Source of the DNA: the human T2T-CHM13v2.0 reference genome, Homo sapiens
Assembly (NCBI RefSeq): GCF_009914755.1
Contig: NC_060927.1
Direction: 5' to 3' (one strand)
DNA: 64,000 nt
Under the pieces are notes generated by a model, which worked only from the letters and a program-made list of their open reading frames with translations, was not told the DNA's origin and did not search any database. Position numbers and translations under genes: made by a program. Shown here piece by piece: positions 1-18,139 of this stretch (position 1 is its first letter; each line of letters begins with the position of its first letter).

Positions 1-259
1 ATTGCATTCTGCAAGGAAACAGCTAATTATAAACAGAACAAAAAAGGAAACAAGAAACTGGGAAAATAGTTGTAACATTTCTCACAAAGGGTTTGGGTGT
101 TTTCCTAGTAAAGAACTCCTGCAAATCAATAAGTATAAGGTCAACTCAAAGAAACTGGGCAAAACATTAAAAGACAATGAACTACATAAAACACATTCAC
201 ATGACTTTTAGATAGGAATTTGTGCTTAATCTCACAGTAGCATACAAATTAAAACAATG
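1..259 (+). mobile_element. Old L1M (L1ME-like) ORF2 3' fragment, left piece
   Basis: Degenerate L1 phrases such as aaagaactcctgcaaatcaataag and caaattaaaacaatg; appears to resume after 9155. Confidence 0.55.
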
Positions 260-1209
260 CAAGATTAACCAAGAAAAGAAGAGATAAAATCCAAATAACC
301 TCACTAAGAAACAAAACAGGAGATATTACAACTGACACAACTGAAATACAAAAGGCTACTATGAACACCTTTACACACATAAACTAGAAAACCTAGAAGA
401 GATGGATAAATTCCTGGAAAAATACAACCCTCTTGAATCAGGAAGAACTAGATACCCTGAAAAGACCAATAAAAAGCAGTGAGACTGAAATGGTAATTAA
501 AAAATTACCACCAAAAAATGTCCAGGACCAGATGAATTCACAGCAGACTTCTATCAGACATTCAAAGAAGAATTGGTACCAATCCTTTTGACACTATCCC
601 ACAAGATAACAAAAGAAGGAACCCTCCCTAATTCATTCTATGAAGCCAGCATCACCCTAATACCAAAACCAGGAAAGGACATAACCAAAAAAGAAAACTA
701 CAGACCGATATCCCTGATGAACATAAATGCTGAAATCCTTAACAAAATACTAGCTATCTGAATCCAACAACATATCAGAAAGATAATCCACCATGATCAA
801 GTGGGTTTCATATTAGGGATGGAGGGATGGCTTAACATATGCAAGTCAATAAATGTCATATACCACATAACAGAATTAAAAACAAAAATCACATGATCAT
901 CTCAAGAGATGCAGAAAAAGCATTTGATAAAATGCAGCATCCCTTTATGATTGAAACTCAGCAAAAGCGGCATAAAAGGGACATACCTCAATGTAATAAA
1001 AGCCATCTATGACAAGCCCACAGCTAACATAATACTGAATGGGGAAAAGATGAAAGCATTTCCTCTGAGAACTGGAACAAGACAAGGAGGCCCACTCTCA
1101 CCACTCCTCTTCAGCATAGTACTGGAAATAAAGGGCATCCAAATTGGTAAACAGTAAGTTAAACTGTCACTGTTTGCTGATGATATGATCACTTACCTTA
1201 AAAACCCTA
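260..1209 (+). mobile_element. 5'-truncated L1PB1-like element, left part (ORF2 RT region)
   Basis: ORF pieces [29 protein letters not shown] and [13 protein letters not shown]; RT motif FADD at 1173-1184; TSD caaattaaaacaatg (245-259) vs caaaataaaacaatg (9141-9155), 14/15 identical. Confidence 0.9.
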
Positions 1210-2223
1210 GGGGTTTTTGCTTCCAAGATGGCCAAATGGGAACAGCTCTACTCTGCAGCTCCCAGTGAGATCGATGCAGAAGACAGGTGATTTCTGCATT
1301 TCCAACTGAGGTACCTGGTTCTTCTCATGGGATGCACATGGGTGCAGCCCATGGAGAGTGCGCCGAAGCAGGGCGGGGTGTCGCCTCACCTGGGAGGCAC
1401 AAGGGGTCGGGGGATTTCCCTTTCCTACCCAAGGGAAGCCATCATAGTCTGTACCTGAAAAAAACGGGACACTCCTGCCCAAACACTGCACTTTTCCCAC
1501 AGTCTTAGCAGCCAGCAGACCAGGAGATTCCCTCCCGTGCCTGGCTCGGTAGGTCCCACGCCCACAGAGCCTAGCTCACTGCTAGCGCAGCAGTCTGGGA
1601 TCAACCTGTAAGGCTGCAGCCCGGTTGGGGGAGGGGTGTCCGTCATTGCTGAGGCTTGAGTAGGTAAACACAGGGGCCAGGAAGTGCGAACTGGGCAGAG
1701 CCCACTACAGCTCAGCAAGACCTACTGCCTCTATAGATTCCACCCCTGTGGGCAGGGCATAGCTGAACAAAAGGCAGCAGACAACTTCTGTAGACTTAAA
1801 CGTCCCTGGCTGACAGCTCTGAAGAGAGCAGTGGTTCACCCAGCATGGCATTCGAGCTCTGAGAACACACAGACTGCCTCCTCAAGTGGGTCGCTGACCC
1901 CTGTGTAGCCTGGCTGGGAGACACCTCCCAGTAGGGGCCAACAGATACCTCGTACAGGCAGGTGCCCCTCTGGGACAAAGCTTCCAGAGGAAGGATCAGG
2001 TAGCAATATTTGCTGCTGCAGCCTCTGCTGGTGATACCCAGGCAAAAAGGGTCTGGAGTGGACCTCCAGCAAACCCCAACAGACCTGCACCTGAGGGGCC
2101 TGTTAGAAGGAAAACTAACAAACAGAAAAAAATAGCATCAACATCAACAAAAAGGACATCCTCACCAAAATCCCACCCATAGGTCACCAACATCAAAGAC
2201 CAAAGGTAGATAAAACCACAAAG
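1210..2223 (+). promoter_or_regulatory. L1 5'UTR internal promoter region with YY1 motif
   Basis: CAAGATGGCC at 1224-1233; typical L1PA 5'UTR with many CpGs decayed. Confidence 0.7.
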
Positions 2224-3175
2224 ATGGGGAGAAACCAGAGCAGAAAAACTGAAAATTCCAAAAACCAGAGCACCTCTTCTCCTCCAAAGGATCGCAGCCC
2301 CATGCCGGCAGCGGAAAAAAACTGGATGGAGAATGAGTTTGACAAGTTGACAGAAGTTGGCTTCAGAAGGTCGGTAATAACAAACTTCTCCGACCTAAAG
2401 GAGCATGTTCTAACCCATTGCAAGGAAGCTAAAAACCTTGAAAAAAGGTTACATGAATGGCTAACTAGAATAAACAGTGTAGAGAACATAAATGACCTGA
2501 TGGAGCTGAAAACCACAGCACAAGAACTTCGTGACGCATGCACGAGTTTAAATAGCCAATTCGATCAAGTGGAAGAAAGGATATCAATGACTGAAGAGCA
2601 AATTAATGAAATAAAGTATAAAGAAAAGATTAGAGAAAAAAAGAGTAAAAAAAAAAAAAAACAAAACAAAACGACAAAGCCTCCAAGAAATATGAGACTA
2701 TGTGAAAAGACCAAATCTACGTTTGATTGATGTACCTGAAAATGACGGGGAGAATGGGACCAAGTTAGAAAACTCTTCAGGATATTATCCAGTAGAACTT
2801 CCCCAACCTAGCAAGGCAGGCCAACATTCAAATTCAGGAAATACAGAGAACCCCACAAAGATACTCCTTGAGAAGAGCAACCCCAAGACACATAATTGTC
2901 AGATGCACCAAGGTTGAAATGAAGGAAAAAATGTTAAGGACAGCTAGAGAGAAAGGTCGGGTTACCCCCAAAGGGAAGCCCATCAGACTAGTAGCAGATT
3001 TCTTGGCAGAAACCCTACAAGCCAGAAGAGAATGGGGGCCAATATTCAACATTCTTAAAGAAAAGAATTTTCAATCCAGAAATTCATATCCAGCCAAACT
3101 AAGCTTCATAAGTGAAGGAGAAATAAAATCCTTTACAAACAAACAAATGCTGAGAGATTTTGTCACCATGAGGCC
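2224..3175 (+). pseudogene. L1 ORF1p (RNA-binding chaperone), frameshifted and C-terminally deleted
   Basis: MGRNQSRKTENSKNQS, KRPNLRLI, RRATPRHIIVR and YPAKLSFISEGEIK lie in different frames; expanded A-tract near 2645-2675. Confidence 0.92.
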
Positions 3176-6982
<3,807 letters not shown>

Positions 6983-7203
6983 ACAATGAGAACACATGGA
7001 CACAGGGTGGAGAACGTCAAAACCAGGGCCTCTCAGCGGGTAGGGGGCTGGGGGAGGGATAGCATTAGGAGAAATACCTAATTTAAATGACAAGTTGATG
7101 GGTGCAGCAAATCAACATGGCACATGTATACCTATGGAACAAACCTGCACGTTTTGCACATGTACCGTAGAACAAACAAACAAACAGACAAAAAAAAACC
7201 CTA

Positions 7204-9140
7204 AAGACTCCCCCAGAAAGCTCCTAGAACTGATAAAAAAAATTCAGCAAAGTTTCTGGATATAAGAAATACAAAAATCAGTAGCTCTTCTATACACCAA
7301 CAGTGACCAAGCGGAGAATCAAATCAAGAACTCAACCCCTTTTACAATAGCTGCCAAAAATAAATAAATAAATAAATAAATAAAATACTTAGGAATATAC
7401 CTAACCAAGGAGCCAAAAAGACCTCTACAAAGAAAACTACAAAACACTGCTGAAAGCAATCATAGATGACACAAACAAATGGAAATACATCCCATGCTCA
7501 CGGATGGTGAGAATCCATCAATGTGTCAATTTCACAATATTGTGGAAATGACCATACTGCCAAAAGCAATCTACAAATTCAATGCAATCCTCATCAAAAT
7601 TCCACCATAATTCTTCACAAAATTAGAAAAAACAATTCTAAAATTCATATGGAAACAAAAAAGAGCCCACATAGCCAAAGCAAGATTAAGCAAAGAGAAC
7701 AAATGTGGAGGCATCACACTACCTGATTTCACACTTTCCTATAAGGCCATAGTCACCAAAACAGCATGGTACTGGCATAAAAATAGACACATAGACCGAT
7801 GGAACAGAATAGAAAACCCAGAAAAAAACCCAATTACTTACAGTCAACTGATCTTCAACAAAGCAAACAAAAACATAAAGAGGGGAAAGGACACCCCTTT
7901 CAACAAATGGTGCTGGGATAACTGGCTAGCTACAGGTAAGAGAATGAAACAGGATCCTCATCTCTCACCTTATATAAAAATCAACTCAAGATGGATTAAG
8001 AACTTAAACCTAAGACCTGAAACTATAAAAATTCTAGAAGATAACATTAGAAAAAACCATTCTAGACATTGGCTTAGGCAAGGATTTCATGACCAAGAAC
8101 CCAAAAGCAAATCCAATAAAAGCAAAGATAAGTAGCTGGGACTTAATTAAACTAAAGAGCTTTTGAACAGCAAAAGGAACAGTGGGCAGAGTAAACAGAA
8201 AATTCAGAGTTGGAGAAAATCTTCAAAATCTATACATCTGACAAAGGACTAATATCCAGAATCTACAACACACTCAAACAAATCAGTATGAAAAAAAGAA
8301 ACCCATCAAAAAGTAGGCTAAGGACATGAATAGACAATTCTCAAAAGAAGATATACAAATGGCCAACAAACATGAAAAAAATGTTTGACATCACTAATGA
8401 TCAGGGAAACGCAAATGAAAACCACAATGTGATACCATCTTACTCCTGCAAGAATGGCCATAATCAAAAAAATCACAAAACAGTAGATGTGGGCATGGAA
8501 GCAGTGATCAGGCACTTCTGCCCTGCTGGTGGGAATGTAAACTAGCACAGCCACTATGGAAAACAGTGTGGAGATTCCTTAAAGAACTAAAAGTAGAACT
8601 ACCATTTGATCCAGCAATCCCACTACTGAGTATCTACCTAGAGGGAAATAAGTCATTATATGAAAAAGATACTTGCACACGCATGTTTATAGCAGCATAA
8701 TTTGCAACTGCAAAATCGTGAAACCAACCCAAATGCCCATCAATCAACGAGTGGATAAAGAAACTGTGGTATATATATATATGATGGAATACTACTCAGC
8801 CATAAAAAGGAATGAATTAACGGCATTTGCAGCGACCTGGATGAGATTGGAGGCTATTATTCTAAGTGAAGTAACTCAGGAATGGAAAACCAAACATTGT
8901 ATATTCTCACCGATACATGGGAGCTAAGCTATGAGGACACAAAGGTGTAAGAATGATACAATGGACTTTGGGGACTTGGGGGGAAGGGTGAGAGGGAGGC
9001 GAGTGATAAAAGACTACAAACAGGGTGCAGAGTATACTGTGAGTGATGGGTGCACCAAACTGTCACAAGTCACCACAAAATAACTTACTAATGTAACTAA
9101 ATATCACCTGTACCCCAATAACCTATGGAAAAATTAAAAA
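7204..9140 (+). mobile_element. L1PB1-like element, right part (ORF2 C-terminus and 3'UTR)
   Basis: Continues the host ORF2 reading KNP|KDS; MEYYSAIKRNE...ILSEVTQEWKTKH; L1PB-type end cacctgtaccccaataacctatggaaaaat. Confidence 0.9.
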
Positions 9141-9155
9141 CAAAATAAAACAATG

Positions 9156-9435
9156 GCAAAATATCATTTCTACCTAGCTGATGAGCAAAGATAAAACAAC
9201 TGAAGAGGATGTGGGAAAGAAAACAAGTTGCAGTATGCATAGTAGCTGCCATTTGTGTGAAGCGGGGAGGAGAATGAATATCTAACACTTTCTGCATATG
9301 CACTAAGCATCTCTGGGGTAGCATACAAAAAGATAATAAAGGCTATCACCAGGGAGGAAAATTTGGTGGCTAGAGACAGGATTGGATGAGAGAGTGTTCA
9401 TTTTATATTCTTTTTATTGATTGAAATTTGAACCA
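9156..9435 (+). mobile_element. Old L1M (L1ME-like) fragment, right piece
   Basis: caaaatatcatttctacctagctgatgagcaaagat continues the L1 text broken at 259. Confidence 0.45.
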
Positions 9436-9604
9436 GAGATTGCCTTAAAGCTTTCCTCAATATCTAGAGAAAGAATATCTTTTGGGGACCTCATTTTGAT
9501 GCACACGCTAATAGGCCAGGCTGAATGAGGGGCTTTTTGTATCTTCAGAAATTGATACATAACGATTTCCTTTAATATTATTATGGTGCATTATGGTTAG
9601 TTTA

Positions 9605-9755
9605 TGAAGGTCTTTCATACATTACCTTCTTGAATCTTTGTAATCACCCTCTGAGACGGGCGTTATTTTAATCTCCATTTTTCAGAGGGAGTGAGTGGGG
9701 CTGAGAGAGACAGCTTTTTTTGGCCAGAGAGTAAAGTTCCAGAGCCAGGATTTGG
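9605..9755 (-). mobile_element. MIR fragment
   Basis: MIR core-like ctccatttttcagaggga...gggctgagagag...agagccaggatttg. Confidence 0.55.
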
Positions 9756-11639
9756 CATTAAGTTAACCTGGTAGCTACATGAGGTTGCATTATTAGATAT
9801 GTCCAGCCTAAGACGGATATGACAAGCCCACCATATGCTATGGGGGAAAGCAGATGAGGGAGTGGAAGCAGCTGGAAGGCTGAGGCTAGGACAACCAGCA
9901 GACGGTGCCAGAGAACTTTCTAGGAGGCCTTCAGGAAGAGGAGGCAAGGCACATGATAAACGTAGAAAGAAGAGCTTCTCCAGGGCCCCGCCAGCACCCT
10001 AAACTGCAGGCACAGACACGACTAGGGAAAAAGGGAGGCTGGTGCTGGGTGAAGACCCCAGGCTTACACTCAGGAGTAGCACCGGAACACAGATTTTGGG
10101 CATGGCTTCCTGCCGAAACCACAGGGTACCTTCCTTCTAGTCCATGCTCAGATCTTCCCACACTTGTGGCCTCCTCTCTCCATGCACCATTCCTCCCTGC
10201 CTCTTGCTGTCAAAGTCGCTCTGTAAAACCTTCAGCCTGGGAGAGACAGTTGTCCAGGAAGCAGAGGTTAAACCACTGTCAAGTGGTGTCTGTCATCTTA
10301 ACTCAACTGCACTTATAGGGACCAGAAGACTACAGGACCTAGAAGTTTAGACCATGTCCTTTTCAGTGGTAGGATGCCATAGGTATATATTGTAATGTAC
10401 TGTTCATGCAAACCACCCACCGATTTGACAGAGAGGTGACGCAGAAGGCTGTGAAAGATGCCTGTCAGCAATCCTGGCACATCAAAGAGCCTGGCAATAG
10501 CCCTAGGAGCTTATGGCAGAAACTGGTGAAAATCTCAATGGAAAATGGCAAGATCAGGGTAGGAACTTAATTTTGGGGACAATAAAAAGGTGAGCTAAGA
10601 GCAGAGATGAAGAGAGTTACTGAGCAGGCAAGGGGTTCATAAAGGCTAAGTGAGTAAAGGAGTTAGGGACTTTTTTCTTCTAAGGAAGAAGAAACTTTCT
10701 GTTTAACTTAGTGGAAGGAAGGAAAATAGGGCTGAGTGTGATATAATTTCCTTCTGGCTCAAGAACTGAAATGATATGAAGAGAAAAAACAACGCAGCTT
10801 CCTCTGTTTTCTGCCCCTGGGGTATGGATTCGTCTGTGAATGGAATATGATGCTTATCTTCATATTGATTTTTCTTGGTCCAAAATTCAGAAACAAAATA
10901 AGGCCAAATAGGGCCCCCATGGGATGAAATTTGGTCGTGTAACTTTGCTTTGCAAAGAACAGGACACAGAGTTATGACTGATGGAGGATACATTCTAGTC
11001 TCCTTTCACCCCTGGGGCATTAAAACCCTCCGGGAGTTTGAGCACTCTTCAAATAGACACCTGATTTCCCAGCTAGAGATTTGGGTCTCACGGAAGCTGA
11101 GATTTCCTCTCAACCAAGTACTCACAGTGAAAACTTCACACCCTCCTAGCATGATATTAACATTTGCCAGAGCCCAAACACAGGAACGAGAGTCACCCTG
11201 GAAAGGACCGCACTGAGGCTGAAGTCAGGTTTGTTCACAAATGTTTAGCCCAATTAGTCTTACAGTTCACCAAGGTTACACATGGGGACATTTGAGGATA
11301 GGGTGGGCATGGCCTGTTTTCATAAACTAGGTTGAAACTTTTTTGGATCTTGATCCCATGAGCCTGGGCAAATATAATCTGATTGGGTTAAATGTCTTTA
11401 GAGTTTCTTTCAGGCTGCTTGAGTCTGAGGCAAGTATGAAAAGAAATAAAGAGAACACGATGATTTCTTTGGTGAGGATGAGAATTACACTAAAATTCAG
11501 TTTGAGTCTAGTTATTCTCTGTATATAGTTTTGTGGAAAATCAAAACTAAATTCACAAACAAAAAAATTTGAAATACAGCAAGTAGTAGACATCTCTGTG
11601 ACCATTAAAAAAAAATTATCTCCCCACTTCCCCTTCCTC

Positions 11640-12100
11640 ACAGAAGTCCAATTTTAAGTATCCACTCCTCCTTCACACAGCTTGCTCCCAGGAAGATGAG
11701 CCCCACTAAGCACCAGGGCAGTTTCTGACCAGTATGAGCTAATCCCAGTAAAGTGATTCTCAGGAAGGCACTAACCCTAATCTGGTCAAAGATACTTTAG
11801 GAAGTCTGCTGGTGCCTTCTGGGAAAGATCTCTTTCTGTAAGCCTTAGGCAGGTTGTCTTAGAGAGCCTTTGGAGGTTACATCTTGGTCTGACTCTTGGT
11901 ATGATGTGTGGAATTGCTGAGAATATCCTGCTATAGCCCAAAAGAGCAGGACACATGAAGATGAAAATTCAAGAAAGAGAAGCCAGGCAGGCTTTGAAAC
12001 CCTGTATACAGCTGGATTCTTCTAGGAAATACAATTTATATTTACTCACTGATCAAACCAATCTGACTTAGTGTTTTTGTTATTTGCTGATAATATAACT
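11640..12100 (+). mobile_element. Old MaLR LTR (MLT1-type) remnant
   Basis: ccttctgggaaag, and an LTR-like 3' end aaccaatctgacttagtgtttttgttatttgc. Confidence 0.4.
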
Positions 12101-13192
12101 AGTAACAAATACATAACCCTAAGAATACTTTGAGGGACCTTATACCCCCAGTGTATCAGCACTTAGTGTTCAAGAGAAAGGCCCGCTCAAGGACCTGCCC
12201 AGTGGCTGTGTATACTGAGAGGAAAAACCCTCCTTGAAGTAATTCTTTGAATAGCCAAGGTTTCCAACCTAGTCTAGAAATGTGATGGTCAAAGATGGTA
12301 CATCTTTGGGCCTCACTCTGTTCAGGTTCACGATGGAGCAGGCACACGGCAGGCCCCACCTCTGCCTGTAGGGGCTCCACAGCTCGGAGCACACAGTGGG
12401 TGTGGAAGAGCTCTCTGTCAGAGCGCCACGGGGAGCGGCAGAGCAGCCGGCCACTCCCACAGCTTTCTGCCTTTTTCCCTATTCTTTTTCTATTAGAGCT
12501 GTGCCTCCCATACATTTTAAAATTTTCAGTTAACCTATTTGAATTGGTTTGTTTTGTTTGTTTTTTATGCTACTGTTATGGCAATTATAAACCACATGCT
12601 AAAAATGCTCTTAATTTTGGAATAACATACCATCATGTGAGTGTACTGTACATTTTTAAATTATAGCTATCACTTACTGAGTTTACTGGCTCAGGTGTTG
12701 GCAGGAGAGGACACAGTGCACCGAAAGGACTGGAACACATGATTAAATCCCCAAGGCTGACTCTGTCTACTCTAAATTCTCCATCAGATTTTACAATCAA
12801 CTGCAGCCACTGACAATGATGATGAATACTGTCACGCAGTTCTCTCAGAAATAGAGCATTATTGAAAATATCCACAAAATACAAGGTGGACTTAATATGA
12901 TTTTGGTGCCTGATAAAAAATATTTGATGTTGACAAATGGCCAAGACTGAGGTGACCTTTCACACAATAAAAGCCTGGGCAGTACCCTAGGACATCCCAC
13001 AGAACCCTGGGTTGAAGGTGGCCACAGAGCCCATGGTAGACAGGGTGGGAGGAATCTCGGGGCCTATTCATCCAACATGTCCTCAATGCACAGAGGACAC
13101 TTAGTGCTCAGCACTAGAGGGGAGAAGCCCAAGGAAGGGAGCAAGTCAGTCTAACACCAGAAACTGACCCTAACCCTGCATCTTCTTATTAG

Positions 13193-13578
<386 letters not shown>

Positions 13579-13639
13579 TAAGACTGAGTAAGCTTTCTGT
13601 CATAAGATATTACAGGGATGATAATGATGGTGATGACAA

Positions 13640-13880
13640 TGATGCCGACAGCTAAGTTTACGGAAAGTTTGCTATAAACCAGGCACTTTATGTATATTAA
13701 CTCATTTATAATCATGCAACAAGTAGATGCAGAAAGTATTATTATTACCTCCCTTTAACAGATGGGGAAATTGAGACACAGGTTAAAAGTCACTTCCACC
13801 AACTGGAAAGTAGGAGGAGCTGGAATTTGAACCCTCAGTCTGGCTTCAAAGCCCCTGCTCTTACTCTTTAGGTTATAGTG
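13640..13880 (-). mobile_element. MIR
   Basis: cctttaacagatggggaaattgagacacaggttaa...gagctggaatttgaaccc. Confidence 0.75.
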
Positions 13881-14169
13881 CTTCTCTACTAGGCTTGCAT
13901 CATCTTCTACTGGCTTCCACCCCTCAATGATCCCTTTTTGGCTCTGTGGTGGTCTGAGTAACTAGTGGGTTTCCACTGGGAGGGGGTTCTGGGAGTCCCC
14001 AGTAACTGGACTGAACTGTATTGCGGGGGCACTCAGCGGCTAGGAGGCAACATTATAAAGTATGTGCCAGGTGTTGACCAGAATTATTTGAACTCCTCTA
14101 GGTCATGTGCTCCCTGTGGGAAAGGACTGTGGTACACGTATGCTCATAAGCTGAAGATCATCTCTTGAT

Positions 14170-14615
14170 ACTCAGGACTGTTCTCACCCTTCTATGTTCC
14201 TGCCTGTATGCAGGAATCCTGAAAACTATAATTCCCTGACTCCCATGCCAGGAGGTTCCATTACATTCTGCTGGTGAAATTAATCACATGACATTTGGAA
14301 GGCAGACAAAGAGAAGCTGTTATTCACTGGAGACAACACAGGCAGTTGCCTGGGAATTAGTAAATGGCTGGTGTGAGGTTTGCTAATGGCTTCTAGGCCT
14401 CCTCCTGAGAATTCAGTGGTACAGGCAGATGGGATTTTTTTTGTTTTTGTTTTTGTTTTTGGTTCGCGGTGATCCTTGCAAGTCCCGACTCCTTGAAAAG
14501 TTGCAGAAGCTTCTGATTTTCACTCTCCTAACCTTTCAATCTCCTGTCTTCAATTCCTTCCTGACTGGAATACCTAGAATGACTTCTGTTTTCTTCACTA
14601 GACATTGCCTGATAT
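14170..14615 (+). mobile_element. Old ERVL LTR (LTR33-like)
   Basis: LTR-like end ggaatacctagaatgacttctgttttcttcactagac...ctgata. Confidence 0.4.
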
Positions 14616-14649
14616 AAAATGTATACAGGGTTATTATGCTTTTAGTAAT

Positions 14650-15050
14650 AGGAGAGTGAGAGAGGGAAAGAGAGAGATAAGTATAAGAGGAAAGAAAGGA
14701 AGGAAGGAGAAAAGAAAGAGAAAGAAGGAAGGAAGGAGAAAGAGAAAGAAAAAGTAAAGAAGAAAGGAAGGAAGGAAGGAGAAAGAAAAAGAATAACGAA
14801 AGAAGGAAGGAGAGAGAAGGAGAGAGAAGGAGGAGAGGGGAGGGAAGAAGAGGAGGGGAGGGAAGAGGAGGAGAGGGAAGAGGAGGGGAGGGGAGGGAGA
14901 GGGAGGAAAGGAAGGAGGGGAGGGGAGGGGGAGGGGAAGGAGAGGAGGAAAGAAGGAAGAAAGGAAAGAAAGAAAGGAAAGAGGGAGGGAAAGAGGAAGG
15001 AAGGAAAAAAGAAAGGCAGGGAGAGATGGAGGGAGGGAGAAAAGAAAAAT
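14650..15050. repeat. Polypurine (GA-rich) low-complexity tract
   Basis: GGAA/GAAA/GGGA units; 14798-15016 contains no pyrimidine. Confidence 0.95.
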
Positions 15051-15069
15051 AGCCTAATGTTTCCCAAGA

Positions 15070-15646
<577 letters not shown>

Positions 15647-15879
15647 TAAATAATAATAACAATGGCAACAACAATAACTACTTCTAAGTGGAAGGTGGAG
15701 ATTGTAAATAATTTGTAAAGACAAGTCTTTCAACTCAAAGCAATGCTTTGAGAAAGGTATTATTTTTCCCACTTAATAAACAGAGGCTCAGAAGGATCAA
15801 ATGACTTGCCAACAATCCCCTGGACTTTTGTTCAAGCCTCTGGGTCCAGTACCTCAGCTTGTAACCAGTGCCCTCTACT

Positions 15880-16130
15880 GAGGGTGGATCAACTGAGGTC
15901 AGGAGTTCGAGACCAACCAGGCCAACATGGCGAAACCCAGTCTCTACTAAAAATACAAAAAATTAGCTGGGTGTGGTGGCAGGCACCTGTAATTCCAGCT
16001 ACTCGGGAGGCTGAGGTAGGGAGAACTGCTTGAACCCGGGAGGCAGCAGTTTCAGTAAGCTGAGATCATGCCACTGCATTCCAGCCTGAGTGACAGAGAC
16101 TCCATCTCAAAAAAAGAAAAAGAAAAAAAG
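15880..16130 (+). mobile_element. 5'-truncated AluS
   Basis: Starts at gagggtggatcaactgaggtcaggag; A-rich tail present. Confidence 0.88.
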
Positions 16131-16588
<458 letters not shown>

Positions 16589-17029
16589 AGGACTGGTAAC
16601 CTAAAGAATATAAATAAGGTAGAAATGAATAAAAATAAGGCAAGGAAGGTTATCATTTAGATAACCAAGCCAGGAAACAACTTAAGATTCACAGAAAAAC
16701 AATGATGGGATTATCAGAAGAAAATAAAAATAGGTACACAAACATACATACAAAAAAAACATGAAAAACAAAGCTGGCAGGATTCCATGGAAGGTCAAGG
16801 TCTCAGGAGAATGAGATTAAAATCAGGAAGTGGCAAAGAGAGAAGAATGTTATGGTAGTGAAGGTCAGTCCTCCACTCACTCCGTAACCCAGTGCTGGGC
16901 CAGTCACAGACCTTGAGATATACATGATACAACCTCACTCTCAAAGACTCACCATCAAATGGAGAACTAAATTCCCATACAACATGTTACAGGCTGTAAC
17001 ATCATAGAGGAATCTCTGAAGGTCATCTA

Positions 17030-17262
17030 GTGTTAGGAGCCTGAGCTTTGTAGTCTGATACCCTGGGTTGAAATCCTATCTCCACTGTTTCCTGGCAATA
17101 TTATTCTCAGCAACATGCAAACCAAACTATTTTTGCCTTGTTTCCTCAATGGTAAAATAATAGTAGCTCACAGAGCTGCTGTGAGGAGCAAATGAGTTAA
17201 CAATTACACTTGAAACAATGTCTGGCATACAGTAACTTGTTATCTATTCTTAGCTATTATTA
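17030..17262 (+). mobile_element. MIR
   Basis: ctgggttgaaatcc...gtttcctcaatggtaaaataatagtagctcacagagctgctgtgagg...tctggcatacagtaa. Confidence 0.75.
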
Positions 17263-17264
17263 TA

Positions 17265-18030
17265 TAAAGTGCCATGGAGCCCTATGGAAATACTAATTTC
17301 ATCTGCAGTAGGCATGGAAGGCTTCATGGCAAAAGTGACATTTCATCTTGTGTCTTGAAGGATTAGAGGCAGTTTGAAAGGTGGAGAGAAAGCAAAATGA
17401 CTCTCAGTAAAGAGAACAGTGTGAACCAACATATGAAGGTGTGGAACAGTGTGTGAATTCAGGGCCCAGCCCGGAGGGTTGATGTCACTGGTAAAGTCTG
17501 CAATGCAGGATGCTAAGAGATGAGTGGAGAGATGTTACAGTCTGAGTGTGTCCCCCAAAATACGTGTTGGACACAATTCTCAGTGCAACAGTGTTAGGAG
17601 ATGGGGCCTAATGGGAGGTGATGTTTAGGTCATGAGGGCTTTGCCTTCGTGAATGGTTTAGTGCTGCTATAAAAAGAGCCTGCAGGAGTGGGTTTGCTCT
17701 CTTCTGCCATGTGAAGACAAAACATTCCTCCCCTCTGGAGGATGCAACATTCAAGGTGCCATCTTGGAAGCAGGGACTGGACCCTCACCAGACAATGAAC
17801 CTGCTCATGCCTTGATCTTGGACTTCCCACTCTATACAACTATGATAAATTAATTTCTTTTCCTTATAAATTACCTAGTCTGTGGTATTGTTATAGAAAC
17901 AAATGGATTAAGACAACAGATCATTTGAGACCAGCTGTCACAGGCTTTGTGTACCATGTTTAAGAGTTTGCACTTTTGTTGGTAGGAGAGAATCATGAGT
18001 TTTTCTGAAAAAGAAAGTAATCATATACGT
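17265..18030 (-). mobile_element. L2 fragments flanking the MST LTR
   Basis: gaaggcttcatggcaaaagtgacatttcatcttgtgtcttgaagga; caggctttgtgtaccatgtttaagagtttgcactt. Confidence 0.55.
17533..17915 (+). mobile_element. MaLR solo LTR (MSTD-like)
   Basis: TG...CA ends; gaggatgcaacattcaaggtgccatcttggaagcag; gccttgatcttggacttccca; TSD agaga/acaga. Confidence 0.85.
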
Positions 18031-18139
18031 TTTATAAAAATAATGTGACTTCTGGTCAAAATGGCCGGCAGTAGTGATGTGAAAAGTCCCCCTTTTGTCC
18101 AAACACACTGAACCAAAACGTAAAGAAACAAGCCAAAAA

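Noticed and set aside
12633-12944. 103-aa minus-strand ORF in unique DNA
   Set aside because: No recognisable homology or convincing splice boundaries; the length is within chance.
13111-13124. CTCF-like motif gcactagaggggag
   Set aside because: Two mismatches at informative positions; not supportable without binding data.
14642-15067. 141-aa Phe/Ser/Leu/Pro ORF
   Set aside because: It is the translation of the polypyrimidine strand of a low-complexity tract.
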